From contig CBDUZI010000001.1 of NCBI GenBank assembly GCA_965371665.1, positions 9,411 to 73,410 on the forward strand: DNA of 64,000 bases, written 5' to 3'. Within the stretch, counting starts at the first letter, position 1, and each line of letters opens with the position of its first letter. The position numbers were made by a program, and so were the translations under genes. Below are positions 18,676 through 25,662 of this stretch, piece by piece. The notes beneath the pieces were generated by a model, which worked only from the letters and a program-made list of their open reading frames with translations, was not told where the DNA came from and searched no databases. The DNA is from an uncultured bacterium (GTDB lineage: Bacteria; Oederibacteriota; JAAXVQ01; JAUVAV01).

Positions 18676-19626
18676 TCATTTAATAACCACTACCGTTCCG
18701 GAAATCACGCGCCCCTCAACCTCGATCTGGTAGAGGTACAACCCGCCCTCCACGAAATGATGCCTCGAATTCCGGACATTCCAAAAACGGGTATCTTCCA
18801 GGGTAACCACCGGATAGCCGGTGGGATCGTAAATTCTGATTTTGATTTTCGAGTCCGGGTAGTTGGTATAAAAGTTGAAATACACCTGCTCTCCACGTAT
18901 GGGTTTGACCGGGTTGGGTGTGGCATAACAGCCGGTGTTAAAGTCAAAAGGATAATGGAAGAAATCCAGATTTAGCTGGCCCACGTATTCCTGTTCCGGT
19001 CTGCCCTCTACTGTTCTCATATCCGCGCCGATATAGACATAAAGCGGGGGCACTGGCACCGGTTGGCCTGCAGTAGGAAAATCGCCTAATCCCTCCGCCG
19101 TCACCATCACCCGTTCGGGCCGCTTCGCATCCCAGATTTGAACCCGGTCCCCGTCCGAACGGTCGTAAATCATACCCCAGTAGTGCATTGTATTGGGATA
19201 AAATCCCAGACCGCTGGCCACGGTCGTGACGGAATTGGGAGTTCCCCAGGTCCTGGCCACATTCAAATCGTAGCTATAAACCTGCCAATGCAGGGGAATG
19301 TTATCGTCCACGTTCAGTCGGGCTCGCAGGCCGCGGTAAAGGCCGTCCGTGGACTCGACCCCAAAACCCATCTTGCGATTGTCCGAATAGAGTTCGATGC
19401 CCCAGTTCGTATTGTTATGCCCAGGAAAGGTAATCTGAAAATAAAATGGTAGAAGCGCCGGCTCTGGGGGTTGAAGTATTCTCGGAAGATTCAAATCCGG
19501 CAGGCTATAGGCCGGGATAGTCAGGCTCAGGACATCTACGGTCATTAAAGCCCGGGCCGGGAAACTATTGACCAGTAGCAACAGGCTGATCGCTCCCAAG
19601 ATTTTCCAGGCCCGAATACACATCAT
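18676..19626 (-). CDS. secreted protein with C-terminal FlgD-Ig / T9SS-type sorting-like domain
   Basis: AGAGGGGG upstream of the ATG; signal peptide MMCIRAWKILGAISLLLLVNSFPARA. The last 85 aa or so (18935-18679), NPVKPIRGEQVYFNFYTNYPDSKIKIRIYDPTGYPVVTLED..GGLYLYQIEVEGRVISGTVVVIK, are the same tail type as the 491-aa protein. Confidence 0.8.
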   Translation of the reverse strand: MMCIRAWKILGAISLLLLVNSFPARALMTVDVLSLTIPAYSLPDLNLPRILQPPEPALLPFYFQITFPGHNNTNWGIELYSDNRKMGFGVESTDGLYRGLRARLNVDDNIPLHWQVYSYDLNVARTWGTPNSVTTVASGLGFYPNTMHYWGMIYDRSDGDRVQIWDAKRPERVMVTAEGLGDFPTAGQPVPVPPLYVYIGADMRTVEGRPEQEYVGQLNLDFFHYPFDFNTGCYATPNPVKPIRGEQVYFNFYTNYPDSKIKIRIYDPTGYPVVTLEDTRFWNVRNSRHHFVEGGLYLYQIEVEGRVISGTVVVIK

Positions 19627-19639
19627 AAACCCCCTCTAC

Positions 19640-19709
19640 TTAGACAGGATTAACAGGATTTTTTAAGGCATTTTTTTTATTCATTACCATCCGCTTTATC
19701 CTGTCTAAA
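19640..19709. repeat. intergenic inverted repeat TTAGACAGGAT..N..ATCCTGTCTAA
   Basis: Left arm 19640-19653 and right arm 19695-19709 pair over about 11-13 bp around an AT-rich loop of about 40 nt, between the 261-aa gene stop and the 316-aa gene start. A similar ACAGGAT..ATCCTGT pair sits at about 7001-7042. Confidence 0.45.
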
Positions 19710-19719
19710 TTGCCTTTTA

Positions 19720-20478
19720 TCAGTACGCAGTAAAAGGAACTTTAAGTTCGGCGCTTTGGGGCTTGCCTAATTTTTCCACGCCGTAAAGCGTGCCCCAAAA
19801 CAGCCGCACGCCCAGCTTCCTCCCCTTGCCACCGGCTGCCGGTCCCTGGCCCTGCCAGACCAGCTCGTGGGTCTGCCCTGGGAAAACCGGCTTGTCAGGC
19901 CGCAATTCCACCTGCCAGAGCCTCTTTCCGGCTGAATCTTCCACCCAGGCCACGCCATAGGGTGTCAGGTGCAAAGTACCGGTGTTTTTGACCTGCACCG
20001 CGAGTTTAAAAAATCCGTCTTTTAAAAAACTCTGCTCAATTCCGGCTATTTTGCCATTAACCCTGGTTTCCCGGTTAATTCGCACAAAAACCGGCATGCC
20101 CATTCTTATATTTAGCGGAATCCTGCTTTCCTTTCTTTCGCCGGCAAAAAGCGAAAGCACGCACTCACCGCAAACCCTCTTGTCCATTCCTTGCAATTCC
20201 AGCCGGACTTTTTTGCTTTCACCTTTTTTCAGCCGCAGCCGCTTCGGTTCAAGCGAAGCCCACTCTCCAATCTTTAATTGGCACGGCCCAGAACGGCGAT
20301 ACTCGATCTCCATCCTGAATTCTTTGGCCTTGTCAGACTCGTTCTTGACAAGTACCCCGGCCGTGGTTCTTCGCTCAGCTTCATTCTCCAACACCAGCAT
20401 CTCCGGCTCAAACGAGACTTGAGACCAGGAGAAGGCGGCGAAAAGCAGAATGAGTAAAGTACAAACCAAAGTGCGCAT
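19720..20478 (-). CDS. secreted two-Ig-like-domain protein, possibly chaperone-like
   Basis: The track start at 20505 (MHRRLKRLF) lies inside a type A repeat. The ATG at 20478 has AAAGG 7 nt upstream and gives MRTLVCTLLILLFAAFSWSQ. Two beta-rich halves (VLVKNESDKAKEFRMEIE..., LAVQVKNTGTLHLTPYG...) are loosely reminiscent of PapD-like or DUF-type periplasmic Ig folds. Functional assignment is weak. Confidence 0.7.
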   Translation of the reverse strand: MRTLVCTLLILLFAAFSWSQVSFEPEMLVLENEAERRTTAGVLVKNESDKAKEFRMEIEYRRSGPCQLKIGEWASLEPKRLRLKKGESKKVRLELQGMDKRVCGECVLSLFAGERKESRIPLNIRMGMPVFVRINRETRVNGKIAGIEQSFLKDGFFKLAVQVKNTGTLHLTPYGVAWVEDSAGKRLWQVELRPDKPVFPGQTHELVWQGQGPAAGGKGRKLGVRLFWGTLYGVEKLGKPQSAELKVPFTAY

Positions 20479-20492
20479 AAAAAGCCTTTTCA

Positions 20493-20604
20493 GCCGCCGA
20501 TGCACGCCGATTAACGCTGATTAAAAATCTTTTTTCATAAATATCTGCGTTTATCGGCGTCCATCGGCGGTTATCCGTATTTATCTTTGTTCATCGGCGG
20601 TTAA
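20493..20604. repeat. intergenic repeat element, type A, full unit with triplicated right core
   Basis: Inverted left end GCCGCCGATGCACGCCGATTAACGCTGATTAA (20493-20524). Right cores ATCTGCGTTTATCGGCG, TCCATCGGCGGTTAT and ATCTTTGTTCATCGGCGGTTAA (20543-20604). The element overlaps the last 8 codons and stop of the 328-aa gene (..WRKLTADEQR*). Confidence 0.7.
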
Positions 20605-21549
20605 TTTTCTCCAGTGAGCCGGTCTTTCTCCGGCCCAGAGATAAACGTTAATATACTTAGTAATGCCCTGACGAACACCACTAGTCACCGAGATCAGATA
20701 AAATAGCGGGCCTTTTTCAAAATCAACATCCTTTGGGACATTAATTTCCAATTCTATTTTTTTACTTTTACCTGGATTGAGTTTTATCTCATCCGGCTTG
20801 ATTTTCACCTCATCCGGGTTGCCGCTGAACTGGCTTCCCTGGTCTGGCGTTACATCAGTATCTGCAGGATCCACAGAAGATAATAAATACCTTTGTTTTT
20901 TGGATGTGTTATTTGTCAACACGATTTCTTTATTTTCCTCGGTTAATACCTGGATTTCTTTGCCAGGTACAATCTCAAACATATCCACGCGCGGTGGATC
21001 GAGGGCATACGCCGCATCTGCCGGATTTTTCAAGGCTCGCGCGAGCCCCTGTTCATTGCGGCCCGGAGCTACTGAAAATAAAAAGTGACCATCGATCTTG
21101 AACCCATACTTGAAACCTCTGGCACTGGGATCGCCTGTGGTACTCATTATAATATTAGCTTGAAACTTACGGCCCAGCAAGGACTCATCATCCGGCAGAT
21201 TTACTTTCACATCCATCTGAATTTTGCCTTTTGCCGGAATCGTGGCTGCTCGGGAATCCAGCACAATCCAGTTGGCATCAGGAATAGCTTCATATCCCGG
21301 CTTGGGTGTTTCCGGTCTCTGCGGATAAACCGATACCGCGATCGGAATAGCATAGTTATTGCCCATAACCAGGGGAAAATTTGCCAATTCCTTCATGCTG
21401 ATGGTCTTTCCAATAGGGAGATTGCCCACATTAATCTTCGTATAATTCATACTAATTCCCGAATATTTTTCGGCTTTTTTAGCGGCCCAGAGGGAAAATG
21501 GAAAAATAAAATTCAGGATAATACCGAGAATGATTGCTTTTTTTAACAT
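20581..21549 (-). CDS. secreted protein of unknown function (Ig-like beta-sandwich repeats)
   Basis: The track start is 21567. GGGGAG lies 9 nt upstream of the ATG at 21549, giving the signal peptide MLKKAIILGIILNFIFPFSLWA. No recognisable catalytic motif. Confidence 0.75.
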   Translation of the reverse strand: MLKKAIILGIILNFIFPFSLWAAKKAEKYSGISMNYTKINVGNLPIGKTISMKELANFPLVMGNNYAIPIAVSVYPQRPETPKPGYEAIPDANWIVLDSRAATIPAKGKIQMDVKVNLPDDESLLGRKFQANIIMSTTGDPSARGFKYGFKIDGHFLFSVAPGRNEQGLARALKNPADAAYALDPPRVDMFEIVPGKEIQVLTEENKEIVLTNNTSKKQRYLLSSVDPADTDVTPDQGSQFSGNPDEVKIKPDEIKLNPGKSKKIELEINVPKDVDFEKGPLFYLISVTSGVRQGITKYINVYLWAGERPAHWRKLTADEQR

Positions 21550-21650
21550 GGCATAATCTCCCCACAAAAATTTCTAAGCTGAAACTTTATTAAAAAACCA
21601 GGAAGTACGTAAGTCGAATCAGTCTTACGCACTTCCCGGTTAAAGAGAAA

Positions 21651-22298
21651 TTATACTGCATTTGCTCCAATAATGATCGTGATGGTCTGTTCTGCGCCGG
21701 CTGTAGTATCGCTAGAAGGCGCCTGGAAAAAATAACGCATAGACCGAAGCGAGCTAGCCGCTGGAACACTGAAGCCCTTAAACGCATCAGGATCATCTGG
21801 GTCAGCAAGAGCATTATTCCGGGCTAAATTATCCGTAGTCGCTACGATGTCTGTTCCTATTACTTTTAAAACGTCCTCCGTACCAAAATCTCCCTTCACA
21901 AGATTCCTCCCATCCTCATACGGGTTTTCACCAACAAGAGTCGTGTATGTGAAAATCGCCGCAAGCACAAATTGATCTGCCCCTATAGCATCTATATCAT
22001 TACCCAATCCCCAGCCGCCTGCAATAGCAGAAACCTGAGCTTTATAAGCAATCGTTGCATAGCCATTATTCTGAAGCGTGGAACGGGGCTTACCATCGGG
22101 ATTATTGGACAAATGTTCCGTGCTAACTGCTACGGCTCCAAACCCAATGGCAGCATCCCCTACCATCTCCAGATCGATCGGGTCTGAAGAAATCTTAACT
22201 GTAATATTCCAACTCTGCGTCGGTAAAGCAGCAAAACCGGAAACAGCCATCCCGCCTAAAAACGCGATTCCAACTAAAGCACCAAGAATTCTTTTCAT
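21651..22298 (-). CDS. small secreted protein, possible surface-fibre/fimbrial-type subunit
   Basis: Three in-frame ATGs (22316, 22304, 22298) follow GAGAGG. MKRILGALVGIAFLGGMAVSGFA is a signal peptide. The mature part is Gly/Ala/Thr/Asp-rich and beta-type and ends TITIIIGANAV. The start choice is uncertain by 6-18 nt; function is a guess. Confidence 0.7.
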   Translation of the reverse strand: MKRILGALVGIAFLGGMAVSGFAALPTQSWNITVKISSDPIDLEMVGDAAIGFGAVAVSTEHLSNNPDGKPRSTLQNNGYATIAYKAQVSAIAGGWGLGNDIDAIGADQFVLAAIFTYTTLVGENPYEDGRNLVKGDFGTEDVLKVIGTDIVATTDNLARNNALADPDDPDAFKGFSVPAASSLRSMRYFFQAPSSDTTAGAEQTITIIIGANAV

Positions 22299-22434
22299 AA
22301 CCATTTTACCTCTCATTTTTTTATTTTTGTTTCTGTAGGCATGGAGATAAATGTCGTCAAATTACAAAACTGCACAATTATTATAGCCCCCCTTTCGCTG
22401 GAATTTTCCTAACCCGGCCAAACCAAAACCAAAT

Positions 22435-22551
22435 TTAGCCGCAGATACACGCCGATATACGCAGATTACAAATCAATTATCCTCTCAAAAAAATCACTAT
22501 TTCCCTGCCTCAAGCGGCTAATTACGCTCATCTGCGTTCATCGGCGGTTAA
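22435..22551. repeat. intergenic repeat element, type A, full MITE-like unit
   Basis: Left end TTAGCCGCAGATACACGCCGAT (22435-22456) is inverted relative to the right end ATCTGCGTTCATCGGCGGTTAA (22530-22551). The internal part AAAAAAATCACTATTTCCCTGCCTCAAGCGGCTAATTACGCTC matches the copies at 7043 and 18592. Confidence 0.7.
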
Positions 22552-23495
22552 ATCCTTGTCGAATTTAACTTTGCGTCCTTTGCGTCTTTGCGGTAAATAA
22601 AAAAAATTTCAAACGCAAATTAGTTAATCGTTAGCCCTTCTTTATTTTGGACAACAAAATTCGCTTTTTATTACAAAAAAAAATGAACTTTTTTTAGGCG
22701 TCTACACAAACGCTTTTCTTAATCCTATCCCGTTTTTCGCATGTTTCCTGCTATGGCCAGCCATACTCCATCCCTCTGTGACTTGAGCGGTCGGTACAAT
22801 TAGCATGAAACATCTTCTTTTGGACTTTCTTTAATCCTCCTTCTTTATTGCCCCCCTTTAAATATCCCCCCTTTCATGCCGAAATAAATGTAATAAAAGT
22901 CGTTTTAAGGTAAACGAACCAGGATTACATCCCCTATTCATCGAATAACTGTTCGAAAAAAAGTTTACATGACGATAAAATAGGGATGTTAATATAATCC
23001 AAAATTAATTGGATGTCAATTTTTTTTTTTATCTTTCTAGTTTTTTGACCCAACTTTATCAAATACACTTTCAACCTTTTTTATAAATTTTGCGAAATAT
23101 TGGCAATTCAATTAAGGTAGAAAGAGATAAATTTTAAAAAACAGGGCATCCTAACATTTTATTATTATTTTATTTGACTTATTTAGCTTATGTTGTATTT
23201 TAGTATATCACAAATAATAAAAAAAAGCAAATACAATTTCTGCCTTTTTTTAAGCACAAAATTAAACGAATTCCCCGGTTTATGTCCTGGAATTTCTACA
23301 ATCTGTTGAAATAATAGGCTTTTTCTGGAACTACTGTTTCTTGCCTCACGAATGAATGAAGTAATGGAATGGTGAAATAATGCTTTTAAAGCAAAGCTAA
23401 GTTCTATATAAGTTCTATATAGGTGGATAACATTCAAACGGGTCCGCCATGGAGAAATAGTGAAAGCAGAGCAAAGCTAAGTTCAGGAGTGGTGG

Positions 23496-24344
23496 TTATC
23501 CCTTCACCGCCCCGGCTGTAAGTCCTTTAATAATATATTTGGATAGGAAAAAATAAATAATTAATAAAGGAATAGTCGCAATCGTGAGACCGGCCATAAG
23601 TAAGGCATAATCCGTAAGGTGTTCTCCCTGAAATACCATGAGTCCCCGTTGAATCGGCATCAGGGCCCGGTTATTAATAATAATCAGCGCCAAAAGAAAC
23701 TCATTCCATACCGCCAGGATAGTAAATATGGCTACCGTGGCAATCGCCGGGGTAGACAAGGGCAGAAATATCCGCCAATATAAGTTGAATTTGTTGCACC
23801 CGTCAATAATTGCCGCCTCTTCTATCTCCTTAGGCACATTTTCAAAGAAAGTTTTAAGAATAAAAATTGCCAGGGCTAACCCGGCATTAGTATAGGGAAG
23901 AATCAGTCCCAAGCGGGTATCGGCTAACCCTAATTTAATTAATAAAATATAAAGCGGAATAAAAGCGCCGGGTATGGGTATCATGAGCGAGCCAATAAAC
24001 AATAAGTATAAAAGGTTATGTCCCACAAATTTAAAGCGAGCAAAGGCATATGCCGCCATGGAGGCCAGGAATAGTACTAAACCCAGAGTAATGGCAGCAT
24101 AAAGAATGCTATTAAAAAAATAAATACCAAACGAGCCGACTTCCCAGGCAGTTATATAATTAGCGAATTTCCAAGCTTGCGGAATCAGGGAAATATTAGA
24201 AAATACTTCATTCTTGTCCTTGAGGGATGAAGCGAACATCCAGAGCAGTGGAAATACACTCGCAAACGCCCATAAAATAAGCGTACTATGTACGGGAATA
24301 TTGGCAAACGCCTTACGCCTGATTCTCATATCTTCCAGCCACAT
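23496..24344 (-). CDS. carbohydrate ABC transporter permease (MalG/BPD_transp_1 type)
   Basis: 282 aa, six hydrophobic segments, EAA-loop motif EEAAIIDGCNKFNLYWRIFLPLSTP. The start could instead be the ATG 15 nt downstream (MRIRRKAF). Confidence 0.9.
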   Translation of the reverse strand: MWLEDMRIRRKAFANIPVHSTLILWAFASVFPLLWMFASSLKDKNEVFSNISLIPQAWKFANYITAWEVGSFGIYFFNSILYAAITLGLVLFLASMAAYAFARFKFVGHNLLYLLFIGSLMIPIPGAFIPLYILLIKLGLADTRLGLILPYTNAGLALAIFILKTFFENVPKEIEEAAIIDGCNKFNLYWRIFLPLSTPAIATVAIFTILAVWNEFLLALIIINNRALMPIQRGLMVFQGEHLTDYALLMAGLTIATIPLLIIYFFLSKYIIKGLTAGAVKG

Positions 24345-24435
24345 CCTTTCATACTTAATTCGCCGTTTACCTTAGGTTTGCATTCTTGCAGCCTGTAAAG
24401 AAGTTTATATTTATTCCGCTCCAGATAATTTTTTT

Positions 24436-25338
24436 TCAACGAGTGTCTAATCTTTTACTAAGTTTCAATTGCCCCAGCGATAAAATCAGAAGCATAATCC
24501 CCAGTATAACGGCTTGAGCCGTAGCATAACCAAAATGGTATGACTCAAAAGCCATCTTATAGATACGCGTTACCGGCACCTCGGTATGGAATCCGGGACC
24601 ACCATTGGTCATGGCAATTACCAGGGGAAAAGTCTGCATAGTTCCCAACAGGGTTAAAATGAAGACTAAAGTCGCAACGGGTATCAGAGAGGGAATCGTA
24701 ACATGAAGAAATCTTTTCCAGGCATTAGCGCCGTCAACCTGGGCCGCCTCATACAATTCAACCGGTATTACTTGCAGACCCGCTAAAAACAACAAAAAAG
24801 CATTACCCAAACCCTGCCAGCTCTGAACAATCGCCACTGCAATCAGCGCAGTATTTGGATCCGCCAGCCAGGGACGGGTAATATTTTCCAGGCCAATAAG
24901 GCGCAGCCAATAATTTAAAATCCCATATTCATAATTAAATATGAAACGCCAAATCAGGCCAACTACAATCAGCGAAAGTACCGGAGGAATATAGAATATC
25001 AGCCGGTAAAAATTTTTGGCACGAATATCCCGGTCAACCAAAACTGCTAGAAATAATGCCAGGATATTCTGTCCCACCAGGGCAAAAACCGCGATAAAGA
25101 GCGCATGACCTACTGAATTCCACCAGACTTTATTTTGGGTAAAAATATCAACATAATTATTCAGTCCTACCCAAATAGGGTTGGAGGATATTCCATCCCA
25201 TTCGAAAAAACTGATTCTAAAGGTTTCCAGAAACGGATAAAGTCCGAAAATCAGAAAAATAGTCAGCGCCGGTAGCACAAAAAAGTAGGCTTCCCAGTTC
25301 CGCTTGGTTTCTTTCCAGTACAAATTCCATCCCGGCAT
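24436..25338 (-). CDS. carbohydrate ABC transporter permease (MalF/UgpA type)
   Basis: 300 aa, GGGAGG 7 nt upstream of the ATG, six hydrophobic segments, EAA-loop motif YEAAQVDGANAWKRFLHVTIPSLIP. Confidence 0.9.
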   Translation of the reverse strand: MPGWNLYWKETKRNWEAYFFVLPALTIFLIFGLYPFLETFRISFFEWDGISSNPIWVGLNNYVDIFTQNKVWWNSVGHALFIAVFALVGQNILALFLAVLVDRDIRAKNFYRLIFYIPPVLSLIVVGLIWRFIFNYEYGILNYWLRLIGLENITRPWLADPNTALIAVAIVQSWQGLGNAFLLFLAGLQVIPVELYEAAQVDGANAWKRFLHVTIPSLIPVATLVFILTLLGTMQTFPLVIAMTNGGPGFHTEVPVTRIYKMAFESYHFGYATAQAVILGIMLLILSLGQLKLSKRLDTR

Positions 25339-25620
25339 TTAGTTACCTCCCTAGTTTCAGCCTAACCTGTAAAACTACTTAGCCACAGAGGCGCAGAGAT
25401 TAAATTCCAATCCCCCCTTCACCTGAACCAAGCCGGCCAAACACAATGTGAAATAAAATTAGCTTATCACTCACGAAAAGTCAAGAAAAATTCCCCTTAC
25501 GCGGTAACCTTTCAGTTATGGTACTAAAATCGCATTGTGATAAAGTAAGCGTTGAGAATAGAAAATCGAAAATTGACCGCATTTGAATATTATTATCTAT
25601 GTTTAAGGTTCAAATGCTTT

Positions 25621-25661
25621 GTAACTTGTCAGTCACATTAGTACCGTGACTGACAAGTTAC
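25621..25661 (-). terminator. perfect 16-bp stem-loop immediately 3' of the giant gene (candidate attenuating terminator / mRNA 3' stabiliser)
   Basis: GTAACTTGTCAGTCAC (25621-25636), 9-nt loop, GTGACTGACAAGTTAC (25646-25661). It begins 1 nt after the TAA stop (25665-25663). No U-tract follows on the coding strand (AAAGCAUUUGAACC), so it is not a canonical intrinsic terminator. Confidence 0.4.
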
Positions 25662-25662
25662 C

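Noticed and set aside
7176-21567. Longest-ORF starts given by the track for six genes (8234, 14349, 16672, 18565, 20505, 21567)
   Set aside because: Internal ATGs (8129, 14313, 16618, 18556, 20478, 21549) have purine-rich RBSs at 6-9 nt and yield canonical signal peptides. The upstream extensions overlap the neighbouring gene or repeat elements.
15403-22385. Sigma-70-like promoter guesses on the minus strand (TTGACT-17 nt-TATTTT at 15437-15409; perfect TATAAT at 22385-22380 without a good -35)
   Set aside because: Each has only one good hexamer, and AT-rich intergenic DNA yields such matches by chance. The promoter consensus of this organism is unknown, so I do not call them as features.
7043-22551. 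Type A repeats as a CRISPR array
   Set aside because: The copies are kilobases apart, separated by genes, contain inverted partners, and lack a regular repeat-spacer periodicity. No cas genes are seen.
23183-23437. 84-aa minus-strand ORF in the AT-rich gap
   Set aside because: No Shine-Dalgarno sequence upstream of its ATG, low-complexity AT-driven sequence and no motif. Kept only as part of the non-coding-gap finding.
22552-23495. tRNA/tmRNA/riboswitch in the long non-coding gap and other intergenic regions
   Set aside because: I could not find a cloverleaf (no GTTCGAATC-type T-arm, no acceptor pairing) or any riboswitch core I recognise. A covariance-model scan is needed to be sure.
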